Positions 19,394-30,860 of a DNA stretch of 64,000 bases are shown here, in pieces. Origin of the DNA: an uncultured delta proteobacterium (GTDB lineage: Bacteria; Desulfobacterota; Syntrophorhabdia; Syntrophorhabdales; WCHB1-27). The translations under genes and the position numbers were made by a program. The stretch is from contig CAWEPK010000012.1 of the NCBI GenBank assembly GCA_963810935.1, positions 96,001-160,000 of the forward strand. The letters are read 5' to 3'. The stretch's first letter is position 1, and each line of letters opens with the position of its first letter. The notes below the pieces were generated by a model. It saw only the letters and a program-made list of their open reading frames with translations, had not been told where the DNA came from and ran no database searches.

Positions 19394-20904
19394 ACCTTCC
19401 TTTTGACCTTCTTGAAGACCTCTATGCCGGCCTTCTCCTGGAGGGGGCAGACGTATTCGCAGATACCGCAGCCCGTGCACGTGCTCTCGACGACATAGGG
19501 CTTCTTCAGGATAAGCTCTTTGCCGTCGTATCCCGTCTCGCGGACGCTCTCGAACCTGATCGCCTTGTCCGGGATGGGGCAGTGCTCCTCGCAGACCATG
19601 CAGTTCATTTTATTCGCATACGGCAGGCAGTGGTTCTTATCGAAGACCGCGAGGCCTATGACGGCCTTCTTCTTTTCCTCGATGGGCAGCTTCGGTATAG
19701 CGCCGGTAGGGCAGACCTGGCCGCACAGGCTGCAATTGTACTCGCAGTAACCGAGGCGCGGTATGAGCATGGGCGTGTAAAGCCCATAGAGTCCCGCGTG
19801 GAGCGACGCAGGATAGAGGGCGCTCCTCAGGCAGACCTTCATGCATTCCCCGCACCTGACGCACCTCTCAAGAAATGCGTCCTCGCCTCCGACACCCGGC
19901 GGCCGCAGCAGGTTCGTCTGCTGCTGCGGCGCTATCCTTTTGCCGACCATCCGGGAGAAGAACAGGCCCGATACGATGCCCGTCACGAAGAGGCGCCTTC
20001 CAGGCTCGAACGCGTGCAGGCCCTGCCTGATCGCCCTTGGCCGCAGGCGAAAGGCATAATGTGCGCGCTGTTGGGGGCATTCCCTCACGCACTCCATGCA
20101 AAGGACGCAGCCCTCTTTCGCGTAGTCGCCCTCTTTAAACGCGCCGGGGCAGCGCTCCGCGCAGATGCCGCAGTCGCTGCATAGCCTCGGGGGAATCCTC
20201 CTGAAGGGCGCGAGGCGGCCGACAAGGCCGAGAAGGACACCCGCCGGGCAGAGGTTCCTGCACCAGTTCCTCCGCTCGCACTTCTCAAGAAAAAGCACGC
20301 CGCCGAAGAAAAGGAGCGACACGAGGGCAAGCGGATAGAACGTGTCCCTGAAAGGCAGGACGTAGGCTTTGAGGAACCCGTAGCCGGGCTCCAGGTAGTC
20401 CCTCGAATCGCCCATGACGCCATAAAGCCCCACCCAGCCCCACTTCATAATGAAACCGAAGAGCGGATAGAGGGCAAACGTGAGGAAGCGGACGAGAATG
20501 GAAATAGGGTCGAGGATGCCCGCCAGGTTCATTCCGAACAGGGCTGCGAACAGGATGGTGAGGAGCACGTAATATTTGAGCCTGCCCCTCAAAAAGGAGA
20601 GCGGCCTGCTTTTGGGTATGCGGTCCGTGACGAGGTCGATGACCGTCCCCAGCGGACACATCCAGCCGCAGAAAAACCTGCCGAGAAAGAGCGCGCATAT
20701 AAGGACCAGGAGACCGGGAAGGAGAAGCAGCGTGAATCTCTTCGCGGACAGGATGTAGGTCGCGGCGACGAGGGGGTCCATCCTGAAGAAGGCGTTCATC
20801 GCCACCGATATCTCATCCTTGCCCCTGTAATCGGTGGTTATGAAGAGGAAAAGGAAGAACGCGAGGAAAAGTAATTGAGAGATGCGGGCGGGCTTCAGCT
20901 TCAT
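19390..20904 (-). CDS. Membrane 4Fe-4S binding protein (NapH/MauN plus MauM-like domains)
   Basis: GRFFCGWMCPLG, WCRNLCP, LRPPG, CVRCGECMKVC, CTGCGICEYVCP. Confidence 0.85.
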   Translation of the reverse strand: MKLKPARISQLLFLAFFLFLFITTDYRGKDEISVAMNAFFRMDPLVAATYILSAKRFTLLLLPGLLVLICALFLGRFFCGWMCPLGTVIDLVTDRIPKSRPLSFLRGRLKYYVLLTILFAALFGMNLAGILDPISILVRFLTFALYPLFGFIMKWGWVGLYGVMGDSRDYLEPGYGFLKAYVLPFRDTFYPLALVSLLFFGGVLFLEKCERRNWCRNLCPAGVLLGLVGRLAPFRRIPPRLCSDCGICAERCPGAFKEGDYAKEGCVLCMECVRECPQQRAHYAFRLRPRAIRQGLHAFEPGRRLFVTGIVSGLFFSRMVGKRIAPQQQTNLLRPPGVGGEDAFLERCVRCGECMKVCLRSALYPASLHAGLYGLYTPMLIPRLGYCEYNCSLCGQVCPTGAIPKLPIEEKKKAVIGLAVFDKNHCLPYANKMNCMVCEEHCPIPDKAIRFESVRETGYDGKELILKKPYVVESTCTGCGICEYVCPLQEKAGIEVFKKVKRKV

Positions 20905-20926
20905 GTCGTCCCCGGATTTTCCTCTC

Positions 20927-21817
20927 CTATGCGTGCACTACTTTTATCTTGTCGAGGTCCATTTCGCCAAGGCCCCTCTTGTGCGCGGCAACCGTTATCG
21001 GTATATCGTGGGGTTTCAGCCCGAAGAGGCCGGTCGCGTAGGCGTCGGCTGCGACTATATCGGTCGAGGCGATCACCTTGTTCAGAACCTTCACGTCCGC
21101 AAGGCTGCCGCCGGTCGGGCCGTGGGCCGTAAGGATGCGCGTCGCGTCGATGATGATGAGGTGGCTTTTGACCGTGCTGTTCAGGTCCGCCAGGGCGTCC
21201 TCGATCTGCCTGTGGATATAGCCCCTGTCGCCCCCCATAATTCCCATCATGTTCTTGCACGCCAGCGTCACCTGCGTGAGGGAGTGGTGCTTGGCGATGG
21301 GGACATTGATGATGACGTCAGCAGAGAGGGCGTCGCCGTAAATCTCCCATTCCTTCAGGAAGGTCCCCTTGATCTTCACCTTCTTGTAACGCTCGTCCTC
21401 CATATAGCGGACTTCGACGTTCTTCATGCCCTTGAGCGCCGCCTGGATGCCGCTGTCTTCGTAGCACCTGCGCATGTCGTTGCACGGGTTGTCAAAGACC
21501 TTCACCCTCTTCGCTCCGGCTTTCACGCACTCCTCGGCAATCGCTTTAACCACTGCGGGGTGCGTTGTAGCCGCCTGCTCGGGCCTCCTGTCCCAGCCCA
21601 TATTCGGCTTGATCACTACCGTGTTGCCCGATTTGACGAACCTGCCGAAGCCGCCGATGGCGTTGACCGCGCTTCGCGTTATAGCACCGTAGTCCTTGCC
21701 TTCCGCTACCGATACTATAGAAGGGCCCGCGCCCGCTGCGGTGGCTGCCCGGCTTCCTAAAAACCGGCTCATGACGAGCAACAAGCCCGAAAACTTGAGG
21801 AATTCTCTTCTGTTCAT
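20927..21817 (-). CDS. DUF362 domain protein with Tat-like signal
   Basis: MNRREFLK; VIKPNMGW...TTHP; INVPIAKHH...KNMMG. Confidence 0.85.
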   Translation of the reverse strand: MNRREFLKFSGLLLVMSRFLGSRAATAAGAGPSIVSVAEGKDYGAITRSAVNAIGGFGRFVKSGNTVVIKPNMGWDRRPEQAATTHPAVVKAIAEECVKAGAKRVKVFDNPCNDMRRCYEDSGIQAALKGMKNVEVRYMEDERYKKVKIKGTFLKEWEIYGDALSADVIINVPIAKHHSLTQVTLACKNMMGIMGGDRGYIHRQIEDALADLNSTVKSHLIIIDATRILTAHGPTGGSLADVKVLNKVIASTDIVAADAYATGLFGLKPHDIPITVAAHKRGLGEMDLDKIKVVHA

Positions 21818-21998
21818 CGCATAACCTCTTTACATTACTCTCCTATCCGCCAGAGGCGTACCGACGGATAAGGGCTACTCTATACAGGGTAGTCCTACAG
21901 TATATGACCGCCGGCCGCCAAAAAACAAGGGGGCTGGAAGCTAAACAACGCGCGCGCTTCCCCTTTTTTTTAATTGCCGTCTAAGTTATAGTAACGCC

Positions 21999-22883
21999 AT
22001 GAAAAAAACGTTCCGCCGCATCTTTATCGTCCCCGTCCTTTTCTCGGTCCTTTTCCTCGCCGGCCCCTGTTCTGCGGGAGCGGGGATGGAGAAGTTCGCC
22101 ATCGTTAGCGACACCCACGTGGGGTCGCCGTTCCATTCCGCCTATCCGGATATCATCCGCACATTGGAGGACCAGGGGGTAGAGACGATCGTCCACATAG
22201 GCGACGCCATAAACAACCCCGGCAACGCATACGAATGGGAACGGTTCCTGGAGATCACCGGGCCGGGCAAGACCCTTTACCTGGCGCCCGGCAACCACGA
22301 TATCCGCGGCAAAGACTCGTTCGGGACGTTCTCGCAGTTTTTCGACCGGCCTTACTCGTCTTTAGCGGACGGCGACACGCTTTTCGTCTTCCTGTGCACG
22401 GAGCTGCCGGGCGAGGAATCACGGATAGCGGGCGACCAGCTCGCATGGCTGAGGGGTGAGCTTGCGAAGCCGTTCCGGTACAAGATGGTCTTCATGCACG
22501 AGCCGCTCTTCCCTGCCCTGCCCCTTCACGGCCTCGACCGCCACAGGTCCGAAAGGGACGAACTGCACAGGCTCTTCGTCGAACGCGGCGTCTCCCTTGT
22601 GGTCGCAGGCCACGATCATCTCTATGAGCGCATGGTCAAGGACGGCATCGCCTACGTCATATGCAGCAGGGCGGGCGGCAGGAGCTGGCCGGGCAAGAAC
22701 GGCCATTCCATCGGCTACATACTCGCAGAGAAAACGGGCGATTTCTATGTCCTCACGGTGATGGACATGAGCGGCGATGTCAGGGACCGCATCGAAGTGA
22801 TAAGGACAAGCAGCCGCCCGAACGCGACTGCCGCTCTTCCCCGCGCAGAGGCGCCCGCCGGCCGGCCTGCGGCAAGCCCTTAG
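21999..22883 (+). CDS. Metallophosphoesterase (calcineurin-like)
   Basis: SDTH, HIGD, GNHD, GHDH motifs; signal peptide. Confidence 0.85.
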   Translation: MKKTFRRIFIVPVLFSVLFLAGPCSAGAGMEKFAIVSDTHVGSPFHSAYPDIIRTLEDQGVETIVHIGDAINNPGNAYEWERFLEITGPGKTLYLAPGNHDIRGKDSFGTFSQFFDRPYSSLADGDTLFVFLCTELPGEESRIAGDQLAWLRGELAKPFRYKMVFMHEPLFPALPLHGLDRHRSERDELHRLFVERGVSLVVAGHDHLYERMVKDGIAYVICSRAGGRSWPGKNGHSIGYILAEKTGDFYVLTVMDMSGDVRDRIEVIRTSSRPNATAALPRAEAPAGRPAASP

Positions 22884-23030
22884 CCGTTCAAGACTCTTCT
22901 TATCGACATCCATAACGTCAATTCTTCGTTCCGATCCGCTCCCAGGCGGCGCCTGCTTTTTTGTCAACCGGCATATTTGACGGATTTACTGAGGCATATC
23001 ACGGTTGCTGCAACATACCGCAGCCAAAGT

Positions 23031-23113
23031 TTGTATACAACTGATACCAATTCTACCCGCCCCTTTTAAACATACATCAATTACTGCGAAAGTCTCCCTG
23101 GCAAGGTTGATGC
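23031..23113 (+). promoter_or_regulatory. Sigma54 promoter and upstream palindrome for the TRAP operon
   Basis: TGGCAAGGTTGATGC (GG-N10-GC) at 23099-23113; perfect palindrome TTGTATACAA at 23031-23040. Confidence 0.55.
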
Positions 23114-23259
23114 ATTTCGGTTGCGGGGCATTTCGTGAGGTATGGGGCGGTTATATTCCACGCAGTGGAACTTTCTCGCAACCGGGAAGTAGCTGATCGG
23201 CCTGCATACAATCCACAATCCACAAAAGTTCCACATGACTTCCCCATAAAGGAGGCATT

Positions 23260-23745
23260 ATGGGTACCTGTCTGGAGAGTTTCCTTCGTGTCTTGCGAAT
23301 AGTGGTGACCGTCATAGGCGGCACCGCGCTAACATTCATGATGTTCCTCACGGTCGGGGACGTTGTAGGCCGGGCCGGCGGCCACCCGATAATAGGGACC
23401 TACGAGATCGTCGCACTCTGTCTCGCCCTCGTGATCGGCTTTACCATCCCCAAGGTCTCCCTGGAGCGAAAGCACGTCTACATGGAGTTCCTCCTCGAAC
23501 GCCTATCCCCACGCAGCAAGGCGGTGATGAATACGGTCACGCGGCTCCTCTGCCTCGGCCTTTTCATTCTCATCGGGTACAACATGTTCGCAGTAGGCAA
23601 TGAATTCCGCCTTTCCGGCGAGGTGTCCGCCACAATACGGATACCCTTTTTCCCGGTGGCTTATGGCGTCGGGGTCTGCTGCTACCTTGAATGTCTGGTC
23701 TTCATTCTGGACATAATGAAAATATGGAGAGGCGACTATGAATGA
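23260..23745 (+). CDS. dctQ: TRAP transporter small permease
   Basis: DVVGR...GTYEIV...HVYMEFL; four predicted TM segments. Confidence 0.85.
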   Translation: MGTCLESFLRVLRIVVTVIGGTALTFMMFLTVGDVVGRAGGHPIIGTYEIVALCLALVIGFTIPKVSLERKHVYMEFLLERLSPRSKAVMNTVTRLLCLGLFILIGYNMFAVGNEFRLSGEVSATIRIPFFPVAYGVGVCCYLECLVFILDIMKIWRGDYE

Positions 23746-25043
23746 GATCAGCATCATCGGCATTGCAGCGCTCGCAGCGCTCCTTTTGCTTTTTGCCACC
23801 GGCATAGAGCTCGGTTTCGCCATGGCCCTGATAGGGTTTGCCGGATTCGCCTACCTGAAGGGTTTCCCGTCCGCCATGAACCTCCTCAGCAGGGACCTCT
23901 TCGACGTCATTACCAACTATGGCTACACGGTCTTCCCCCTCTTTATACTCATGGGGCAAATCGGCTTTCACGCAGGCATTGCGGTGCGGCTCTATAACTC
24001 GGCGAATAAGTTCATCGGCCATATCCCCGGAGGCCTCGCGATGGCCACAGTCCTCGGCGCTACGGGTTTCAAGGCCATATGCGGCTCCTCAGCCGCCACT
24101 TCGGCCACCTTTGCGAGCGTGGCCATCCCTGAGATGGACAGGTTCAACTACGACAGGAGACTGTCAACGGGCATCGTCGCTACGGTAGGCACCCTGGGCG
24201 TCATCATACCGCCTTCGGTCGTCCTCATTATATACGGCATCCTGACCGAGCAGTCGATAGGCCAGCTTTTTCTGGCGGGGATCCTCCCCGGCCTTATCAT
24301 TGCCCTTTTCTTTATCGGGATCATTTACGGTTGGGCGCGCATCAACCCGCAACTCGCCCCGAGATCGGAGAAGTCCACCTGGGGCGCCAGGATCAGGTCT
24401 TTGCCTGAGGTCATGTGGATACTGGTCGTTTTCTGTCTCGTGGTCGGCGGTATCATGGCGGGCTTCTTCACGCCGTCCGAGGCAGGCGCTATAGGCACCT
24501 TCGCAGTCCTGGCCCTTTCTGTCCTTAAGCGGAACCTGAATTTCAAGAAATACGCGGCCTCCATTTCAGAAGCGATCAGCACGGCAGGCATGCTCCTTAT
24601 GCTGATAGCCGGGTCCACCATCCTGGGCCATTTCATCGCCGTAACGGGCATCCCTCAGCAGGTGGCCGACTGGGTGGTCGGCCTCCCCCTGAACCGCTAC
24701 GTCATCATGATAATGATATGCCTGGTGTACGAGATCGGCGGCTCTTTCATAGACGACCTCGCCTTCATGATACTGGCGACCCCCATATTCTACCCTGCCG
24801 TGCTCAAGCTGGGCTTTCGACCCCATCTGGTTCGGCATCACAATCGGAGTCGTGGTCATGATAGGCGTCGTCATCCCGCCGGTCGCCATTTGCGTCTTCG
24901 TGGTGAAGAACATCACCAAGGAGCCGATGGGGAGGATATATAAAGGGGTCACGCCCTTTCTCCTCTCTCTGGTCGTCGTCTGGGGCATGATGCTGGCCTT
25001 CCCGCAGCTCGCGCTGTGGCTCCCCTCGCTCTTCTTCAAGTAA
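23738..25043 (+). CDS. dctM: TRAP transporter large permease (frameshift near 24816)
   Basis: PLFILMG, GSSAAT, GTLGVIIPPS, FTPSEAGA; removing one T gives GFDPIWFG...PPV. Confidence 0.9.
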
Positions 25044-25118
25044 GAAGGGCGGCCGGGCGAACAGGAGATATCGAATACAAATACGTTGGGTCAACACAAT
25101 CATAAAGAGGAGGAGCAC

Positions 25119-26182
25119 ATGGTAAGAAGATTTATGTTAGCAGTCTGCTGCATCGCCCTGGTCTTTGCAGCGTATACCCCCGCGCGCGCCGCGGCGCCGA
25201 TAAGGCTCCAGTTCGCCGGCTACCATCCGCCGGTGCACATGGTTTCTGTCCTGATGACCAATTTCTGCGATGAGGTCAACAAAAGGTCGGCGGCAAGGTA
25301 ATAGTCACGCCGTACACGGGCGGTACGCTCCTGTCGGCTACCAAGATGGCAGCCGGGGTCGCAACAGGCATCGCCGACATCGGTTTTTCCCATTGTTCGT
25401 ATTCCAGAGGACGCTTCCCCGTCATGGAGATCATGGAACTGCCCCTCGGCTTCCCGAGCAGTTGGATAGCCACCCATGTAGCCAACGATTTCTACGAGAA
25501 GTTCAGGCCGAAGGAATGGGACGCTTACCATCTTATCCTTTTCACGACCAGCCCGGTCAACGTTATCCAGACGGTTAGCAAGCCCGTGAACAAGCTTGAA
25601 GACATGAAAGGAATGAAGATCAGGGGCACGGGCAGGAGCGGAGACATCGTCCGCGCCCTCGGCGCAGTCCCAATGCCGATAGAGACGCCCGACCTGTACG
25701 AGGCGATCAGGAGAGGCGTAGTGGACGGGGCCTACCTGACTATGGAGACGTACAAAGGCTTCAAGACCGGCGAGCTGCTGAAGTACAACACGGATTCGTG
25801 GAAAGTGGGCAGCGTCTACGCGTTTTACATAATAATGAACAAGGCGAAATGGAACGCCCTGCCCTCGGAAGAGCAGAAGATATTCACCGACGTCGGCAAG
25901 GAGTTCGTCGAGAAATACGCCGTAGGCTTTAACAATATCGATATCGAAGGAAGGAACTTCTTCATCAAGCAAGGAGGCAAGGACATCCCCCTAACGGAAG
26001 CTGAGAGCGCCAAATGGGTAAAGGCCGTCCAGCCCGTGATAGCCGACTTCAAAAAGGACATGGTATCGAAGGGCTTCAAGCCGGCCGAGGTGGACGGTTG
26101 GCTGGCGTTCATCAAAGAGAGAATAGAATATTGGAAAGGCCAGGAAAAGGCCAAAAAAATACCTACCCCGTTTACCTACTAG
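25119..26182 (+). CDS. dctP: TRAP substrate-binding protein (frameshift near 25287)
   Basis: Signal peptide; ELPLGF, LEDMKGMKIR, LYEAIRRGVVDG, MNKAKWNALP. Confidence 0.9.
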
Positions 26183-26205
26183 TTAGTATCGCACCTGTTA
26201 TGAAG

Positions 26206-26250
26206 CGAAGGACCGCACCCTATGAACCGGGTACGGTCCTTCGTCTTTTT
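26206..26250 (+). terminator. Rho-independent terminator
   Basis: CGAAGGACCGCACCC / GGGTACGGTCCTTCG stem followed by TCTTTTT. Confidence 0.75.
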
Positions 26251-26333
26251 ATCCGCGGCCGGTTACGCACGCCTTAGTCTTGCCCTTGCCCGTCAACCCT
26301 TGGCGTTTGGTAACTTCGTGATTACAATCTTGA

Positions 26334-27740
26334 GTGTGTTCTTATCCACCCAACGGGCCTCCGGTCCTTAGGCTATTCTTCCTCTGGTCTCTCGCTCTTC
26401 TATTCACACTGACGTGCGCTACACCGCCCGCACCCGACGTAGCCTCCCTGACGCGGGCGGAGGGCACGGGCGCGCCGGTAGTTTTCGGTCCCGGAGGGCC
26501 GTTGCCTGCCGGGACGTCCGAAGCAATCCTCAACCGGGAAGAGCCGGGCCCCGGCTCGGCAGCCCTCGTCAAGAGGACTACCGCCCTTATGGAGCGCCTG
26601 AGCGGCCACCCGATGACCGAAGGGAACAAAGTCACCCTCCTGGTGGACGGCCCCCAGACGTACCGGGCCATGTTCGACGCCATATCCGCAGCGAAGAACC
26701 ACATCAATTTCGAGACGTACATCTTCAGCGACGACGCCGTCGGCCGCAGGATGGCGGACCTCCTGATCAGCAAGCAGGCCGAGGGCGTGCACGTCAATTT
26801 CATGTACGATGCGGTGGGCTCGCTCGGCACGCCTGCGGCTTTCTTCGACCGCATGAAGGCGGCGGGGATCAACATCACTCAGTTCAATCCTGTAGACCCC
26901 GCGAAGCTCACGAAGAAACTGACGATCACGCAACGCGACCACAGGAAGGTGCTTGTTGTGGACGGTAGAGTGGGCATCACCGGAGGGGTCAACGTCAGCA
27001 GCGTATATTCCCGCTCTTCCTCCCCTTCGCCCTATTCCGGCAAATCGAAGGAAGGCTGGCGCGATACGGACGTGATGATGGAAGGCCCGGCGGTCGCGGA
27101 GTTGCAGTCTACTTTTATACACGCGTGGCGCGGCCAAAAAGGGCCTCCCCTCCCGGAGCTCGATTACTTCCCCCGCCTGGAGGCCGAAGGGAGCGCCCTC
27201 GTCCAGGTCGTGAGCAGCTTCCCCGGCGAGACGCACAGGACTACGTACGTCATGTACGTGGCAGCCTTGCAGAACGCGCTCTACTCGATAGACCTTACAA
27301 CGCCCTATTTCGTGCCCGACCACCAGACAATGGAGGCGATCACCCACGCGGCGCGGCGCGGCGTGCGCGTGCGGATCGTACTGCCGCGCCTCAGTGATTC
27401 ATACCTGACGCTGAACGCCGGGCGCGCGCGTTACGAGCACCTTTTGAAATGCGGGGTCAAGGTCTATGAAAGGCGCGGCAGGATGATCCACGCGAAAACT
27501 GCCGTGATCGACGGCGCCTGGTCGACGGTAGGCTCTGCGAACTTCGACACCTGGAGCTTCGTCCGCGACAATGAAATCAATGTGGTCGTGATCAATACGC
27601 GCTTCGCGGATGAGCTTGAAAGGCTGTTCGAGCAGGACCTGGCTGCCTCCGACGAGATAACACAGGCGAAATGGTCCGAAAGACCTGTTTCCCAGAAGGT
27701 CAAGGAATTCCTGGCCCGCCTCATCTCGCCCTGGCTTTAG
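26334..27740 (+). CDS. cls: Cardiolipin synthase (phospholipase D family)
   Basis: Two HKD motifs (RDHRKVLVVDG, IHAKTAVIDG); TPYFVP; GSANFD. Confidence 0.9.
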   Translation: MCSYPPNGPPVLRLFFLWSLALLFTLTCATPPAPDVASLTRAEGTGAPVVFGPGGPLPAGTSEAILNREEPGPGSAALVKRTTALMERLSGHPMTEGNKVTLLVDGPQTYRAMFDAISAAKNHINFETYIFSDDAVGRRMADLLISKQAEGVHVNFMYDAVGSLGTPAAFFDRMKAAGINITQFNPVDPAKLTKKLTITQRDHRKVLVVDGRVGITGGVNVSSVYSRSSSPSPYSGKSKEGWRDTDVMMEGPAVAELQSTFIHAWRGQKGPPLPELDYFPRLEAEGSALVQVVSSFPGETHRTTYVMYVAALQNALYSIDLTTPYFVPDHQTMEAITHAARRGVRVRIVLPRLSDSYLTLNAGRARYEHLLKCGVKVYERRGRMIHAKTAVIDGAWSTVGSANFDTWSFVRDNEINVVVINTRFADELERLFEQDLAASDEITQAKWSERPVSQKVKEFLARLISPWL

Positions 27741-27776
27741 GACCGCGCAGACGCCGGAAGAAGAAAAGGGTGCGGA

Positions 27777-29394
27777 ATGGCGATAGTGTCAGGAAAACCG
27801 CGATACTATTATCCTTTGCCGGAGAGACCACCGCCCCCGCCCGTAGACTGCGACGTTTGCGTCTACGGTGCAACCTCCGCGGGCGTCAGTGCCGCCGTAC
27901 AGGCCGCAAGCCTGGGAAAGAAGGTCGCCCTCGTCGAGTTCGGCAACCACATCGGCGGCATGACGACGTCGGGCCTGAGCGCTACCGACATCGGCGACAG
28001 GCACGTGATAGGCGGCCTTGCCCGCAGGTTCTACAGGGACGTCGGGCAAAAATGCGGCCTGGACGAGGCCTGGCTTTTCGAGCCGCACGTTGCGTTGGCC
28101 GTATATGAGGAATGGATCGAAAAGCACTCCGTAGGCCTGTACCTGGAACAACGCCTCGCCTCGGTGAAAAAATCGCACGGCCGGATCGTCTCGATGGAGA
28201 CGGAGGGTGGCGGCTCTTACAGGGCCGCGGTCTACATCGACGCGACGTACGAAGGCGACCTCATGGCCGTTTCCGGTGTGAGCTTCGCGGTAGGACGGGA
28301 GAAAGATTCGGTCTATACGGAGCTTTTCAACGGCATCCAGTACGGCCGTCAGCATGATTTCCTGCGCTTCGTCGATCCGTACAGGAAACCGGGCGACCCC
28401 TCGAGCGGCCTGATCGTGGGCGTCTCCGATATGGCGCTCGGCACCCAAGGCGACGGCGACGGGCTGGTCCAGGCGTACAACTTCAGGCTATGCCTTACAA
28501 AGGAAAAAGGGAACAGGGCCCCTTTCGCGAAACCTTCTGACTACGACCCCGAACGTTACGAGCTGCTCAGGCGCTACATCGACGCCCGCGTATTCGACGT
28601 CTTCAACCTGAACAGGCCCATCCCGGGCAGAAAGACGGATTTCAACAACTGGGGCGCGGCTGGCAGCGACAACATAGGGGCGAGCCACGGCTGGCCGGAG
28701 GGCAACTACAAAGAGCGGGAGCGCATTTACCAGGACCACGTGAGCTACACGCAGGGGCTGCTTTATTTCCTTGCGAACGACCGCCACCTTCCGCAGCTCG
28801 TGCGCTCTATTGCCGGCGCCTGGGGGCTCGCCGCCGACGAGTTCACCGACACCGGAAACTGGCCGCCCCAGCTCTACGTCAGGGAGGCGCGGAGGATGTC
28901 CTCCGATTACATCATGACGGAGCACGATTCGTTCGGCAGGAATTACGCCGGCGATTCCGTAGGCATGGCGAGCTACCGCATGGACTCCCACAACTGCAAG
29001 CGCGTCGTATACGCGGGCCGCGTGGTTAACGAGGGGGACGTCGAGGTGACGCCCCTCGACCCCACCCATCCCGATATCGTACCGTGCGATCAGGCCGAAG
29101 CGCGACGAGTGCACGAACCTGCTCGTACCCGTCTGCGTCTCCTCCTCGCACATAGCGTACGGCTCCATGCGGATGGAGCCCGTCTTCATGACGCTCGGAC
29201 AGTCCGCGGGCGTAGCCGCCGTCCTCGCCATAGAGAAGGCGGGCGGGGTCGTCCAGGACATCTCGTACAGCGACCTTGAGGCACGCCTGAAAAGCGCGGG
29301 CGTCATCACCGAGGAGCCCGGCATCGATGAGAGGAAGCAACGGCCTGGACAAGGGGCGCTGCCCCCGAAACAGGAGCAAAGCAAGGAGGTACCC
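27777..29394 (+). CDS. FAD-dependent oxidoreductase (frameshift near 29065; 3' end ambiguous)
   Basis: [54 protein letters not shown]. Confidence 0.8.
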
Positions 29395-29634
29395 ATGCCG
29401 AAGGAAAAGAACATCGAAGACCTGCCCAAAGGGGCACAGGACGTACTGCCCGAGCATGCAAAGCAGATATACAAAGAGGCCCACAACCACGCCCTCGAAG
29501 AGTACAAAGACCCGAAAAAGCGCAGAGGCAGCGAATCGCTGGAAGAAGCCGCCCACAAGGTCGCCTGGGCCGCGGTAAAGAAGGAATACGAAAAGGACCA
29601 CAAGACCGGGCACTGGAAGAAGAAGGCAGGCTGA
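29395..29634 (+). CDS. chaB: ChaB family protein
   Basis: [21 protein letters not shown]...[15 protein letters not shown]; own RBS GGAGG. Confidence 0.9.
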   Translation: MPKEKNIEDLPKGAQDVLPEHAKQIYKEAHNHALEEYKDPKKRRGSESLEEAAHKVAWAAVKKEYEKDHKTGHWKKKAG

Positions 29635-29708
29635 AATCTTTCCTGGTTGCCTATTAGGAACATCAATGATTACTTGACTGGCCGCCCCGATAGAGTTATC
29701 TCTTAGGA

Positions 29709-30860
29709 GTGGACCCGATTGCCATTCTGATTGCCGTTGGCGCACTGGTCCTTGTCGCCGTTGTCCTGTGGGACGGCTTCGAGACAATCGTGCTGCCCCG
29801 CCGCGTCAGCCGTCGCCTAAGGCTCACCCGTCTCTTCTACCGGGCCACATGGTTTCTCTGGCGCGTCCCCTCCCGAAGGTTCCTGTCGAGCCGCCGCCTG
29901 GAAAATGTGCTCGCCTACTACGGCCCCCTGTCGCTGCTCCTCCTTATTATCGTCTGGGCGGGGGCGCTCGTCTTCGGCTTCGCCTTGATCGATTATTCAC
30001 TCGGCGCTTCTTATGCAGGCCGGGGGGAGCACTACTTCATTTCAGACCTCTACGTAAGCGGCACTACCTTCTTTACACTGGGTCTCGGAGACATAAGGCC
30101 GATCTCGGCAGGGGCGCGGCTGCTGACGGTCGTGGAAGCGGGGCTCGGCTTCGGCTTCCTCGCCCTGCTCATCGCTTACCTGCCCGCCCTTAACCAGTCG
30201 TTCTCACGCCGCGAGGCGGACATCTCGATGCTCGACGCCAGGGCCGGCTCTCCGCCCAGCGCAGCCTGCCTGCTGGAAAGGCATAACCATGAAGGGGGGA
30301 TGGAAGAGCTGCGGGACCAGCTCAGCCAGTGGGAGAGGTGGTCCGCCGAGCTTCTCGAAAGCCATCTCTCCTATCCGGTCCTCGCTTACTACAGGTCGCA
30401 GCACGACGACCAGTCGTGGCTGGCCGCCCTCACCGTGATGCTCGACGTCTCGGCAGTGCTCATGGCATTCACGAGCGGGCTCGCCGCGAGGCAGGCACAG
30501 CGGACCTTCGCCATAGCGCGCCACGCGGTCGTCGACCTGGCCGTAGTCTTCAACAGACCGCCCGAAAGGCCGAAAAGGGAGAGGTTGGATGAAAAAGGGT
30601 TCCTGCGGCTGAAGTCCGCTTTTGAGGCCTCCGGCCTCACATTGGACGACCCGGCCGACTCCGAGAGCAGGCTGAACGTCCTTCGCAGCCTCTACGAACC
30701 GTATGTCGAGGCCCTGGCCCGTCATTTCATTCTCGCCGTCCCGCCCTGGATAGCGGAAGCGGATAAGGCTCCGGACTGGCAGAGAAGCCCCTGGGAGGAT
30801 ACGTCCGCGCCGTTAGTCGATATTGTGTCGGACGAATGGAGAAACCACCACTTCCGCTAG
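29709..30860 (+). CDS. Potassium channel family membrane protein
   Basis: SGTTFFTLGLGD pore-like motif; ESHLSYPVLAYYRSQH. Confidence 0.8.
   Translation: MDPIAILIAVGALVLVAVVLWDGFETIVLPRRVSRRLRLTRLFYRATWFLWRVPSRRFLSSRRLENVLAYYGPLSLLLLIIVWAGALVFGFALIDYSLGASYAGRGEHYFISDLYVSGTTFFTLGLGDIRPISAGARLLTVVEAGLGFGFLALLIAYLPALNQSFSRREADISMLDARAGSPPSAACLLERHNHEGGMEELRDQLSQWERWSAELLESHLSYPVLAYYRSQHDDQSWLAALTVMLDVSAVLMAFTSGLAARQAQRTFAIARHAVVDLAVVFNRPPERPKRERLDEKGFLRLKSAFEASGLTLDDPADSESRLNVLRSLYEPYVEALARHFILAVPPWIAEADKAPDWQRSPWEDTSAPLVDIVSDEWRNHHFR

Noticed and set aside
21845..21900. Riboswitch in the DUF362 leader
   Set aside because: Two small hairpins only; no recognisable aptamer consensus.
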